Counted from the stretch's first letter, positions 50,325 through 60,386 are shown. The stretch: DNA of 64,000 nucleotides from an uncultured virus (IMG/VR IMGVR_UViG_3300028840_004776) (IMGVR_UViG_3300028840_004776), one strand, 5' to 3'. Notes: a model not told the origin generated them from the sequence alone. Numbers and translations are program-made.

Positions 50325-51877
50325 GTACATTACCATCTCCGGTTGATTATACGGAAAAAGATTATGAATCTATATTACGAAGAATACAACATCTTATCGG
50401 TCAAGTCTTCGAAGCTTGGACTGACTTTAATAGAGGAAATTTTGGTAATATATTATTAGAAAGTTATTCTCATATTGGTGATATATTTACTTATTATCAA
50501 GACAATCAAGCCGGGGAATCAAAATGGGGTACCGCACAACAAAGAGTTTCAATAATCGAATCAGCGAAATTAATAGATTACACATTAAGTTCTGCAAGTG
50601 CCGCTACTTCTGATTTAAGCATATCAATAACACGAACTGTGTCTCCGGGTGGAGATGTTACATTCCCACAAGGAACTATTTTTTATACAAAAGACATTAA
50701 TGATCCTCAAAGATTTCAATTATTATCTGAAACAATAATTGCAAGCGGAGATACAACATGTGTTGCAGCCGTTGAACATAGCGAAACGAGTATATTTTCT
50801 TCAACAACATCCGGAAAATCAGATGAAAAATTCAAACTTCCAATTGCTCCATTTTTAGATGATTCAGAAACTGTTACCATAGATGGTGATACATGGACAA
50901 GTGTTGATGATTTTCTTGACTCAACAAATACATCAAAACATTATAAAGTAGAAGTTGATCAATTCGATTATGCATATATTGTTATCGGGGATGGTATCAA
51001 TGGTGTTGTTCCTAGCGAAGGATCAGATATAAATATTTCATATAAATATGGCGGTGGTGAAGATGGTAATGTTGAAGTAGATACAATTGTAAATGTAGAA
51101 GGTGCTCCATTTTATGACGAGTTCGGAAATATTGTAACCGTTTCGGTAACTGCTTCAACGGAAGCATCGGGTGGTTTGAATAGAGAAACTGTTGAACAAG
51201 CAAAATCTATTGCTCCGCGAGCTAGCCGCACAATGTCCGCAACTGTTTCTAGAGTCAATTATGAAGATCGTGCCATACAAGTAAATGGTGTTGTACGCGC
51301 ATTAATGACAACGTCAAATGAAGACTCAGGTGTTTCTGAAAATCAAGGAAAGCTATATATAGTTCCAGCAGGAGGCGGTACGGCAAGTTCTGCACTATTG
51401 GAATCTGTTGAAAATTATATAAACAACAACTATCCACCAACATTAACATTTTTATTGAATATTTATAGTGCAAATTATCTTACCATCAATATTGTCGTTT
51501 GGGTTTATTTTTCTTCCGGTTATGATCCGGAAACAGTTTCTGATGATATAAGAGAAAATCTAAGAACCTTTTTCTCTCCATTGAATTCAGACAACTCTAT
51601 AAATGAACAAATAAACTTTGGGTATTATTTTAAAGATATAGATGATGTTAGTGATGGCGAATTAGCTTATACAACAATAGAAGGAATCATAAAAGAAACA
51701 ACCGGTGTTAGACGTTTGGGTGTTACCGCGAACTCTAAAGGAATGACACTAAATGGAACAGAAAATAATGCAACACTTGAAATAAATGAATTCCCGGAGG
51801 CTGGAACAATAATTATCTATAACGGAGACCTAACTGTATCAGATCCGGATTATGAAGTTTATAACGGAGCAATATAA
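50321..51877 (+). CDS. baseplate J-like protein
   Basis: DYTEKDYESI, WTDFN..NFG.ILLE, GDGING..P, GG...GNV, GG...ET.E. Confidence 0.9.
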   Translation: MSTLPSPVDYTEKDYESILRRIQHLIGQVFEAWTDFNRGNFGNILLESYSHIGDIFTYYQDNQAGESKWGTAQQRVSIIESAKLIDYTLSSASAATSDLSISITRTVSPGGDVTFPQGTIFYTKDINDPQRFQLLSETIIASGDTTCVAAVEHSETSIFSSTTSGKSDEKFKLPIAPFLDDSETVTIDGDTWTSVDDFLDSTNTSKHYKVEVDQFDYAYIVIGDGINGVVPSEGSDINISYKYGGGEDGNVEVDTIVNVEGAPFYDEFGNIVTVSVTASTEASGGLNRETVEQAKSIAPRASRTMSATVSRVNYEDRAIQVNGVVRALMTTSNEDSGVSENQGKLYIVPAGGGTASSALLESVENYINNNYPPTLTFLLNIYSANYLTINIVVWVYFSSGYDPETVSDDIRENLRTFFSPLNSDNSINEQINFGYYFKDIDDVSDGELAYTTIEGIIKETTGVRRLGVTANSKGMTLNGTENNATLEINEFPEAGTIIIYNGDLTVSDPDYEVYNGAI

Positions 51878-52872
51878 TGGCAATTGAAATTGTCAGAAAT
51901 ACATTCACAAATATAACTGGAAATTTTTGGCCAGAACACCACTTGTTTAATTTAGCATCAATGATGTCATTATTAACAAATGTTGAAATAATTGATTCTT
52001 GGGGTGTTGATCACGGTCAATATATTGGTGATCCAATAGCCGATGCTGAATGGACGGCTTATACCGATATTGGAGATCAAGGTTATTTTGTTATTCAACC
52101 AACGAACCCAACATATTCACCAACATGGCAGGCAATTTTTCATCATGCAAATAGGTATTACGGATTTGATGATCCGTCCGGTAATGACTATGGAAACGAA
52201 GGTACGGCATGGAGAAACTTAATTAGATTTGCACCGGAGGGGGGTTGGAACACAACTTCAAAAGATTTTGCAACACCTTCACGGGCTTCACAAAATAGAT
52301 ATCCTGGTGGCGCTTTAAATCCATCAGCACGCACAAATACATTTTATATACATTGTGACGAAGACACATTAATTCTACAATCAAGATATGCTGATAGAGC
52401 GTGGGAATTTTATTCAGTACTCGCATATCTTGGGGATTACACGCGACGATCAGATTCCCAAACCAACCCACGTTGTTTTATTTGCAAAGATGGTGGCGCT
52501 TATATGTCACCAGCATATCAATGCACTACCGCAGGGAATTTCGTTCCTGAAAGCGGATTCGAAACTGACGGTATTGGATTTCTGGATGAATCAAATACAT
52601 ACCGACATTGTTCGTATACAACTAAAAACGGAGATAAAATAATCTCACCGCTGACACAACCAACAACCCATGGGGCAATTCCTAAAGTTGACATTTATCC
52701 AGTTCAAATTAAACCAACATCTGCGTGGGATGGTTATCTTGGTGATCTTAGACTTGTAGGAAAAACATTTGGTCCCGGACCCGGATACAGGTTTGATTTA
52801 AACAGATGGATAAGCACATATGAAAATTATGGATGTTCATTTGGGTGGGATGGAAGTTCGTCGCAAAAATAA
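51877..52872 (+). CDS. tail-associated protein, paralog A
   Basis: Shares FDDPSG.DYG.EG...RF...GGWNT...DF with the next gene. Confidence 0.7.
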   Translation: MAIEIVRNTFTNITGNFWPEHHLFNLASMMSLLTNVEIIDSWGVDHGQYIGDPIADAEWTAYTDIGDQGYFVIQPTNPTYSPTWQAIFHHANRYYGFDDPSGNDYGNEGTAWRNLIRFAPEGGWNTTSKDFATPSRASQNRYPGGALNPSARTNTFYIHCDEDTLILQSRYADRAWEFYSVLAYLGDYTRRSDSQTNPRCFICKDGGAYMSPAYQCTTAGNFVPESGFETDGIGFLDESNTYRHCSYTTKNGDKIISPLTQPTTHGAIPKVDIYPVQIKPTSAWDGYLGDLRLVGKTFGPGPGYRFDLNRWISTYENYGCSFGWDGSSSQK

Positions 52873-52881
52873 GGATTAAAA

Positions 52882-53928
52882 ATGGGCGGAACATTTGATT
52901 ATAGAGTAAATGAAACATGGTTAAATTCAACGTTACCATCAAATAGTTGTTTTAGATTTTTTTGGCACTTATTAAATTATTTTATTGATCATCCAGATTA
53001 TTCAATTGTTCAATATGGAACCGAAACAACACCAGGGGGTACCGGTGATCCGACTGGTTGGACTTCATGGCCACCAGCATTTTCAGATAACGCATGGTTT
53101 GTTGTGCAAGCTGATTTATCATCAGAGTTACTCGATGGATCTGGTTCACGACAATGGCAATGCAAGTTTCAAATTTTTAATTCATCATCCGGCGGTGGAT
53201 TCGATGATTGTTCTGGACAAGACTACGGCGAAGAAGGAAGTTATGAATTGATCTGTAAAAGATTTTCTTCTGGTGGTGGTTGGAATACTGGAACATTAGA
53301 TTTTTCAGATACAACAGAACCGGTTGAAGACAACATAAATATATTTTCAGAAAATGATCTTAATTGGAAGTCACATATTATTGGTGATGGTGATACAACT
53401 ATTATATACGGACAAAATGAGGATTACGCAACAGGACGAACAATTTATTTAGGGCAAACAGTACGCAGTCACGCCGAAATAACAAAACCAGAATTATCAT
53501 TTGCCGGTAGAATAAATTCACTCAGTGCTGGCCCTGATTATAGAATGATTACAAGCAAAAATAGTCTTAGTGGTTATTCTGCATTTTCATATACTGTTTC
53601 ATGTGGGTGGCCATCAATATCTGTTGCATCGGATGGAACAACAGCTATAAACGCTCATGAATATGATGCTGGTGACGAAGATTTTATGGTTGGATTATCT
53701 GCTAATCATTGGACCGGTGATGATAATTTGATCGGAATATTGGTTAGAGAAAACCAATCTCCAAACTATGGATTACTTGGACAACTCAGATTGATTAGAG
53801 CAGTTAACGAAACAGCCGGTGAAGGGGTTTTATTGGGATCAAATAATTGGATACAACTAGCGAGCGACTCTGGGTCATATGGTGGTATAGCATTAAAATG
53901 GCCACCAGCAGAAACACCTGGTTTTTAA
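52882..53928 (+). CDS. tail-associated protein, paralog B
   Basis: FDDCSGQDYGEEG...RFSSGGGWNT..LDF; LGQLRL. Confidence 0.7.
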   Translation: MGGTFDYRVNETWLNSTLPSNSCFRFFWHLLNYFIDHPDYSIVQYGTETTPGGTGDPTGWTSWPPAFSDNAWFVVQADLSSELLDGSGSRQWQCKFQIFNSSSGGGFDDCSGQDYGEEGSYELICKRFSSGGGWNTGTLDFSDTTEPVEDNINIFSENDLNWKSHIIGDGDTTIIYGQNEDYATGRTIYLGQTVRSHAEITKPELSFAGRINSLSAGPDYRMITSKNSLSGYSAFSYTVSCGWPSISVASDGTTAINAHEYDAGDEDFMVGLSANHWTGDDNLIGILVRENQSPNYGLLGQLRLIRAVNETAGEGVLLGSNNWIQLASDSGSYGGIALKWPPAETPGF

Positions 53929-53929
53929 A

Positions 53930-54751
53930 ATGTCATTACTAGGATATTGGAAATTAAATGATGGACCGTCAACAGAACCAGCGAATGCAACTGATTTATC
54001 AGGGCACGCAAATAACCACGATGGAACTTATTATTTTTCTGGAACGAATTACACATACGGCGCATTAATAGTTGGTGGTGTTCATGGTAGACATTTGTTT
54101 TCATACAATTATGGTCATGTGATTTCACCATTTAATAATGAATCAGATTTAATTTTATCTGGAGAAATGGCAATTGCATGTTGGGTGCGACGATCACGCG
54201 ATGACACTATTTTTGATTTTGTCGCTGCCGGTGAAGCCGGATCAACACAAGCAAACAATCACCAATTTTGCTTAACAGCGAATGCATCAAATACTGTACA
54301 ACTATGGTGGGAGCATGGTTCCGGAACACTAGTAACCGCAAACTCAACGGTAGGTATTCTAAGAGGCGCAACGGAATATGATCACATTGCTGCGGTAAGA
54401 TCTTTAAATGGCGGAGGACCAAATTTGAATGTTAATTTTTACGTCAACGGAGTTGCTGCTGGATTACACAGCGACCTTGCTCCACCGGACGGTGGGGGAT
54501 CTGCGAAATTTTTTATTGGCAGAGATGGGAATGGAGCAAATGGATATTCTCAATTTCTTTCTAGTGTTCGTGTTTGGGACAATGTTGGTGGGTTACCAGA
54601 TTCCGCTGAAATACTATCTATATACAATACAGAAAAAGCATCAATGGATCAATTGTCAAAAAATGAAATATCGATAGAAATTGATCAATTATCATTACCA
54701 AATTATAAAGCGGTTATTATGGGTCCGAACTCACCGCGAGCTACGCTCTAA
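53930..54751 (+). CDS. LamG/concanavalin A-like domain tail protein
   Basis: LLGYWKLND...ATDLSG, IACWV, HIAAV, FYVNG, IG, VRVW..L..AEI..IY. Confidence 0.85.
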   Translation: MSLLGYWKLNDGPSTEPANATDLSGHANNHDGTYYFSGTNYTYGALIVGGVHGRHLFSYNYGHVISPFNNESDLILSGEMAIACWVRRSRDDTIFDFVAAGEAGSTQANNHQFCLTANASNTVQLWWEHGSGTLVTANSTVGILRGATEYDHIAAVRSLNGGGPNLNVNFYVNGVAAGLHSDLAPPDGGGSAKFFIGRDGNGANGYSQFLSSVRVWDNVGGLPDSAEILSIYNTEKASMDQLSKNEISIEIDQLSLPNYKAVIMGPNSPRATL

Positions 54752-54763
54752 GGAGGAAACCCC

Positions 54764-56269
54764 ATGGGGCAATTACTATACGATTACTATGGATTGCCAA
54801 ATAATCCGCCAGTAATTACCGAAAAAGAGCCAGATACAGATTCAGAAATCGGTGATGCAATAATTTCATTTGTTGTTTCGGATTCAACAGGTGAAGCCGT
54901 ACAGAGTTCGTTAGATGTTGACATTATTCAAGACCCAAATGGAACACCAATAACAGAAAATATGATCATTAATGGGGTCTTTCAAACACCGGATTATGAC
55001 GGCACAATAGTACCGAATGTATTCGGTGGTTTTGATGTCGAAATTACAACACATCCATATTTAGCAGATGCAGAATATAGAATAACAGTTTATGTCGAAG
55101 ATACAATAGGAGATTACAGAGAAGATCAATGGGATTTCGAGGTAGCAACAACCCCTATTTTACTTAATTTAATTACAACCGGAAGACGAACAATTGAATT
55201 AGAATTCGATTTACCAATTGTTGTAAGAAATACATCTATTGGACTAATAAATCCGTCCGATCAATGGACGCCGGTTGACTGGATATCCCATGGGGGGGGT
55301 GCATCGGACGCTGCAAATCCGGCTAATTACGTGATTACCAGACCAAGTTCCGGTTCATTAACGGAACCAGGTGAAGCGGTTGAATTAACGGTAACAAAAG
55401 CGGAAGAAGTTCCTGAATATTCGTCTATTTCATTAGGTAAAAAACGATCAACAAGAATAAAATTAACTACTGATTTTCAACATACAGCAAACGCATCATA
55501 TTTAATGCAAGTTTCTAATGTTGTTTATGATATTTCTCCAATACAAACCGAAGACGGACAATGGGATTTTAAAGGTTTTATTGTTTCAAATGTAAATCGT
55601 AATTCTATAAATTTATATTATGATCTTTTTTCACGTGTTCATAGATTAGCTGATTCCGAAATAGAAGAACAAGATTTTTTAAAATTCTGCACAGTATTTC
55701 AAGAAGTATTTAATAGACTTCTTGAAGATATTGATGCATTCTATAATGAATTATGTTCTATTGATTACCTATCAGAGTCCGCTGCCGATGCTACATTGTT
55801 TGATTTCGGAAATCCGTTTTATAAGTTAACCGTTGGTTTGAGTTTGAACAAAAAACGTAAATTATGTTCATTGCTTATATCTATTTATAAACAAGTTGGG
55901 ACGGAAATCGGAATTAAAAATGTTGTTAGATTTTTTCTTGGATATGATGCTATTTCTGATATAATTTATTGGTGGTCTGATAATTGGATATTAGGTGTTT
56001 CTGAATTGGGTACAGAAACAGTATTGGGTCCAGGAAATCAATATGATTTGTATTCATTTTGGGTCGTAACATCACAAGTATTAACTGATGAAGAAGAAGA
56101 ACAAATAACTGATATTATTGAATACATGAAACCGGCTCATACACATTTTAGAGGATTTATTGAACCAATTGTTCCACCGGATGATCCGGTACGGTGGTCA
56201 TTGGGTGTTTCTGAGTTAGGTACTGAAACAATTCTCGGTCAACGTAGTGAATGGTGGTATGTTCCGTAA
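54764..56269 (+). CDS. baseplate wedge/tail protein I-like (C-terminal P2 gpI-type domain)
   Basis: KR.L......IYK..GT..GI...VRFFLG, YMKPAHTH; AGGAGG RBS. Confidence 0.8.
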   Translation: MGQLLYDYYGLPNNPPVITEKEPDTDSEIGDAIISFVVSDSTGEAVQSSLDVDIIQDPNGTPITENMIINGVFQTPDYDGTIVPNVFGGFDVEITTHPYLADAEYRITVYVEDTIGDYREDQWDFEVATTPILLNLITTGRRTIELEFDLPIVVRNTSIGLINPSDQWTPVDWISHGGGASDAANPANYVITRPSSGSLTEPGEAVELTVTKAEEVPEYSSISLGKKRSTRIKLTTDFQHTANASYLMQVSNVVYDISPIQTEDGQWDFKGFIVSNVNRNSINLYYDLFSRVHRLADSEIEEQDFLKFCTVFQEVFNRLLEDIDAFYNELCSIDYLSESAADATLFDFGNPFYKLTVGLSLNKKRKLCSLLISIYKQVGTEIGIKNVVRFFLGYDAISDIIYWWSDNWILGVSELGTETVLGPGNQYDLYSFWVVTSQVLTDEEEEQITDIIEYMKPAHTHFRGFIEPIVPPDDPVRWSLGVSELGTETILGQRSEWWYVP

Positions 56270-56293
56270 AACAAAAAAAGGTAAAAATAAAAA

Positions 56294-57838
56294 ATGTCAG
56301 ATAGAAAGAATTTTTATTTTGAACAAACCGTAATGGAAGATGAACTTGATGAAGCTTTTGATGATCTCGAAAATTCATTATGGAATTTTGTCGTCGATAT
56401 TGGTATTGAGGGTATTGTTGTTGGTTTAAGTGTATCGGAAGCAGATCCGACTCCCAATTTGACCGTTGAGGTACAACCAGGAGAATGCTATAACGATCAA
56501 GGAAAACGGATACGCGTACCGGCTGAGGAAATAGTAAATTGTGCATTGGATTATCTTGGTGCAAGCACAATTCCGTCGGCTGGAAATAGTCGATATATTT
56601 CATTATTTGCTGCATTTGAGCGGAATTTATCCGATCCACGGACAGATGGTAACGGTGATACGGTTTACTTTGAAGTAGATGAATCGTTTGAGATCCATGT
56701 ATATGCTGGAACAGAAACTACTGGAACACCAACACCTCCGTCGCTAGTTGCGAATAAAATCCTTCTTTGTGATATCCGTATTTATGATACAACGACCGCA
56801 ATCACCGATGCAATGATAGATGTTTCACGGAAACAAATTGGATTTAATTTTCAAACCGGTGGTGAAATAAATGGAAATACAACAGTTAATGGAGATATTA
56901 CGGTAGGAAATATAGATGGAAGCACAATAACAACGTCCGGCGATGGTGAAATTGGTAATGATCTTAATGTTGTAAATGATTTAATTGTTGGTGGATCGTT
57001 TAATTTCGGTAGCATATTGGATATGCAAGGTAATGACATAATCAATATCGGGGTTGCATCACCAAGTGGGATTGACATGCAAGCTTCCGGAATTAATATG
57101 CACAACAAACCAATAGATCTTTCCGGCGGCAATCTGTATAACATAGGATCACCATCACCAAATGGTATCACCATTGATGAAGTAGGTATTGATACAAAAG
57201 GAAAAACGATAGATTTAAATGGGGGAGTCATCCAAGGCATTGGTACGGCAACACCAAATGGTTTAACCATAGATGATGTAAAAATGGATTTTAAAAGTGC
57301 TGGCATCATTGGTCTTGGTAGTGTGCCTGTATTTTTTTCAGCAACTTCTTTTAAACTATTTTATTCTGGTTTAAGTTTTAAAGATTCATATGCGCCCGGG
57401 CAAGAAGCAAGTGGTTTTCCAGAAATGCAATCTGAATATCATGTCACATGGGGTGGGATATTCAGAGGAGCTAGTTCTGTTTTAGTTCCAATTGTTTTGT
57501 TGGATTTAAGAGAATTACCAATGGTTTGTGTGATTACACGAATTAGGGTATGGGGTGAACAAGATACAGCAACAAACCATTCAATTGAATTATTATCATT
57601 TGATCCATCTTCTACATCATCATCAAGGGATTCCGAAGGTGGACCATGGAATTCTGGACTTGATGCAGCAGGTCAATACACAATTGATAGTGGAACAATT
57701 TCTGTATCTGTTGATAGAACATCAAATAACAAATGTTATAGTTTAGAAGGTTATTTACAAGGTGGTGCCGGATCTGGTCCGGATAACATGATTCGTGGCG
57801 CAGAAATTACATATACTATGACATCAATGGTAAGATAA
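56294..57838 (+). CDS. tail fibre protein
   Basis: R.NFYF.Q.V.E.EL, GIV.GL.V, V.PG..Y...G.RI N-domain; internal beta repeats (ID..G..I..IG...P.G). Confidence 0.78.
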   Translation: MSDRKNFYFEQTVMEDELDEAFDDLENSLWNFVVDIGIEGIVVGLSVSEADPTPNLTVEVQPGECYNDQGKRIRVPAEEIVNCALDYLGASTIPSAGNSRYISLFAAFERNLSDPRTDGNGDTVYFEVDESFEIHVYAGTETTGTPTPPSLVANKILLCDIRIYDTTTAITDAMIDVSRKQIGFNFQTGGEINGNTTVNGDITVGNIDGSTITTSGDGEIGNDLNVVNDLIVGGSFNFGSILDMQGNDIINIGVASPSGIDMQASGINMHNKPIDLSGGNLYNIGSPSPNGITIDEVGIDTKGKTIDLNGGVIQGIGTATPNGLTIDDVKMDFKSAGIIGLGSVPVFFSATSFKLFYSGLSFKDSYAPGQEASGFPEMQSEYHVTWGGIFRGASSVLVPIVLLDLRELPMVCVITRIRVWGEQDTATNHSIELLSFDPSSTSSSRDSEGGPWNSGLDAAGQYTIDSGTISVSVDRTSNNKCYSLEGYLQGGAGSGPDNMIRGAEITYTMTSMVR

Positions 57839-58105
57839 TCAACAATTATCAAGTAATCCAGAAAAAATATTTTTTGGGATATCAACCAATCTGTTATTCA
57901 TATCGATAGCATCTTTTAATTGCTGTTTATAAAATTCTTTTTCTGTATTGGTAGAAGCTTTATTTATTTTGTTTGTTCCATTTTTTAAAATATTATTTAA
58001 GCAAGACAAATGAACACATGTATTGAATGAAAAAAAATATTTATCACATTCATTTTCAAAACAAAACCAACACCCACCGTTTTCCGGCAATAATGATTTT
58101 CTCAT
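57839..58105 (-). CDS. hypothetical protein (CWFC...H..C)
   Basis: AAGGAG RBS; converges on the tail fibre gene. Confidence 0.65.
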   Translation of the reverse strand: MRKSLLPENGGCWFCFENECDKYFFSFNTCVHLSCLNNILKNGTNKINKASTNTEKEFYKQQLKDAIDMNNRLVDIPKNIFSGLLDNC

Positions 58106-58183
58106 TACTCAAATCTCCTTGTTTTGGTTTTTGGTTTTTGGTTTAAAAAAAGTGATTCGTGATTTGTGATTTGTGACTGATGA

Positions 58184-58603
58184 TTATTTAGATCGTAAAG
58201 CTTGTTCGAGTTTTTTCCATGATTCGTCTATTTCTTTATTTAATGAAAGGGCCACTTCTTCAAAGCACCCCTTCGTTAATCCATGTTGGACTTTTTTGAT
58301 TTCATTTTGCAAAACCAAAAAATCAGATTGCAACGATCTTAAGTCAAGCATCGTTGAAAGTTCATTTAAATTAAGCGACTTCAACGATGTTGATATTTCA
58401 ACCATTAATCCAATCGTTTTTGTCGTGGCTTGTTTTTGTTCTTCTCTTCTCTTTGCCTTGTCCTCTTCTGTCGGTTTCTTTCTTGTCTTTTTTTGCACTT
58501 GTTGTGCTGGTTGTGCTGGTTGTGCTGGTTGTGCTGGTTGTGCTGGTTGTGCTGGTTGTGCTTGTTGTGCTAGTTGTGCTAGCTGTACTGATCTCTTGGC
58601 CAT
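58184..58603 (-). CDS. hypothetical protein with AQP repeats
   Basis: AAAGGAG RBS before MAKR at 58603; 9-bp repeat at about 58499-58585. Confidence 0.7.
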   Translation of the reverse strand: MAKRSVQLAQLAQQAQPAQPAQPAQPAQPAQPAQQVQKKTRKKPTEEDKAKRREEQKQATTKTIGLMVEISTSLKSLNLNELSTMLDLRSLQSDFLVLQNEIKKVQHGLTKGCFEEVALSLNKEIDESWKKLEQALRSK

Positions 58604-58668
58604 TTTATGGTCTCCTTTGATTGACATCATTAAATAACTTGATTACTTTATCAAACCATTTGATGATG

Positions 58669-59169
58669 TCAAGATTTTTGTTGTGATTTTTTACCAATAA
58701 TCTGATCAACAATTTTCCTTTTTGTTTTTCTTATTGCATGGAATGGGCTTCTTGGGCGCTTTTCTTTTCCTGTGCGCTGTTCCGCAAAGTTTCCACCGCA
58801 GCCCAAAAAAAGCTTATTGATAATTCGATAGTCAGAGACACAAGTGTCACCCCATGGGGTTTTAAACGCAAAATCCCGAGTATGCCACACGTAACAAACC
58901 CCACTCGGGAATGCTAATAAGAATGCATAATCTGCCATTGCGGCTTGTTTATAACTTTTGCAAACAACTCCACCAATTATGCATTTTCTTTGCCATTTTT
59001 TTGATTCAATTGCTTTTTTTATCAATTGCTTTCCTTTTTCCTTAATTTTTTCCCTGTCGATAACTCGCTCACGTCCTTTAATCGTTGAGTACGATACGAT
59101 GATTATCGGATTCGTTTTTGATCGATAATCTTCGAATTCTTTGATTGTCATTGTCATTTTCTTTGCCAT
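58669..59169 (-). CDS. hypothetical basic protein
   Basis: AAGGAG RBS before MAKK at 59169. Confidence 0.7.
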   Translation of the reverse strand: MAKKMTMTIKEFEDYRSKTNPIIIVSYSTIKGRERVIDREKIKEKGKQLIKKAIESKKWQRKCIIGGVVCKSYKQAAMADYAFLLAFPSGVCYVWHTRDFAFKTPWGDTCVSDYRIINKLFLGCGGNFAEQRTGKEKRPRSPFHAIRKTKRKIVDQIIGKKSQQKS

Positions 59170-59331
59170 TTTTTTTCTCCTTAGTCTTTTGTCCAAGCTT
59201 TCACTACTTTTTTTGCGAGTATTTCTCCGTTTTTTAGGTTAAAAACAAAAAAATTGATTTGTTTTAGCTGGATACGGTAACAAATTAATTTTTTGTTTTT
59301 TTTAACCTTTCTTTTGTTGCCTTCTTATTTA

Positions 59332-59360
59332 AGAATACTAAGAAAAATTAAGTGAGTCAA
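59332..59360 (-). promoter_or_regulatory. early sigma70 promoter P1
   Basis: TTGACT-17 bp-TATTCT. Confidence 0.82.
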
Positions 59361-59368
59361 GAAAAAAG

Positions 59369-59569
59369 TTATAACTTTTTCCTTGATTCACTTAATTTTA
59401 GCATCGTTTCAGCAAGTCTTCTGCCATTATAACTTATTTCTAATTTTTTATTTGTTTTAAAATAATAACATTTCTTTTTTGGATCGAACCAAAATTCAGA
59501 TTTATTAATTTTTATAATTTTTGATGGTGTTAATTTTGCCAACATTGTTAATGTCTTTGCTTGTTTCAT
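59369..59569 (-). CDS. small early protein, probably leaderless
   Basis: ATG lies 6 nt after the -10 box of P2; no RBS. Confidence 0.65.
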   Translation of the reverse strand: MKQAKTLTMLAKLTPSKIIKINKSEFWFDPKKKCYYFKTNKKLEISYNGRRLAETMLKLSESRKKL

Positions 59570-59575
59570 ACTTTA

Positions 59576-59604
59576 ATAATACTAATAAAAACTAAATGAG
59601 TCAA
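59576..59604 (-). promoter_or_regulatory. early sigma70 promoter P2
   Basis: TTGACT-17 bp-TATTAT. Confidence 0.85.
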
Positions 59605-59775
59605 GAAAAAAATTATAACTTTTTTATTTGATGCAATAAAAGTTATAATTTTTTTTGGTAGAAAAGGTAATCAAGGTAATTATAAAGGTGAGTGGCGTGG
59701 GGTGGTCAAGGTAGTCAAGGTGGCCGAGGTGGCCGAGGTGGCCGAGGTGGCCGAGGTGGCCGAGGTGGCCGAAGT

Positions 59776-59937
59776 TTATTTTAATGTTTTAAGCCATTGG
59801 TCGAACGGAATAATTTTTTCTTCACGTTCCTCAAATTCTAACATATTTGTAAAGTCCATTACTATTGTGTCATCCCCGGGTCCCTCAAAATCGATTTCAT
59901 TTTCAATTTCGATTTGGTTTTGGTTTTGGTTTTTCAT
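59776..59937 (-). CDS. small acidic early protein (53 aa)
   Basis: GGGAG RBS; MKNQNQNQIEIENEIDFEGPGDD...FDQWLKTLK*; not in the ORF track. Confidence 0.7.
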   Translation of the reverse strand: MKNQNQNQIEIENEIDFEGPGDDTIVMDFTNMLEFEEREEKIIPFDQWLKTLK

Positions 59938-59964
59938 TTTCTTTCTCCCTTGCCTTCTTATTTA

Positions 59965-59993
59965 ATAATAGCAATAACCATGAAGGGAGTCAA
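59965..59993 (-). promoter_or_regulatory. early sigma70 promoter P3
   Basis: TTGACT-17 bp-TATTAT. Confidence 0.85.
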
Positions 59994-60131
59994 GAAAAAA
60001 ATTATAACTTTTTTATTTGATGCAATAAAAGTTATAATTTTTTTTGGTAGAAAAGGTAATCAAGGTAATTATAAAGGTGAGTGGCGTGGGGTGGTCAAGG
60101 TAGTCAAGGTGGCCAGGGTAGTCAAGGTAAA

Positions 60132-60386
60132 TTATGGAAGTAAGATAGCATCTTCCTTTGAAAGAGCTTCAAGTTCTTCAATGTCCCAAGGTTTTGGTAG
60201 GGTTCTATACCAGTTGACTTCCCACCATTTGTTTTCATCATATCTAATCTCGCTTTCACCAAAAGCTTCATGAAGGAGATATTCTCCTTCATCAAGCTCA
60301 TAATACTTCTGACATTGAATATAATCACCTTTAGTATCAAAATGCTTGTTGAATTCTTTGTTTAATATTCTTTCTGTTTTTGTCAT
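60132..60386 (-). CDS. small acidic early protein
   Basis: AAGGAG RBS, downstream of P4. Confidence 0.75.
   Translation of the reverse strand: MTKTERILNKEFNKHFDTKGDYIQCQKYYELDEGEYLLHEAFGESEIRYDENKWWEVNWYRTLPKPWDIEELEALSKEDAILLP

Larger units (their letters stand above)
59598..60114. repeat. 128-bp direct repeat pair (59598-59725 and 59987-60114)
   Basis: Copies identical by eye; each contains an AT hairpin and GGTRGYCRA 9-mers. Confidence 0.92.

Noticed and set aside
40086..57838. Stand-alone extracellular contractile injection system or tailocin
   Set aside because: Terminase, portal, protease, capsid and neck genes are co-linear with the tail genes, so this is a complete phage virion module.
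51877..57838. Diversity-generating retroelement or invertible tail-fibre cassette
   Set aside because: No reverse transcriptase, invertase or TR/VR-like near-duplicate seen; the paralogues are diverged at protein level.
58173..60273. + strand ORFs with CAG/VLV/VAE repeats (58173, 58387, 59702, 59914)
   Set aside because: Shadow frames of tandem repeats; RBSs and promoters support the - strand genes.
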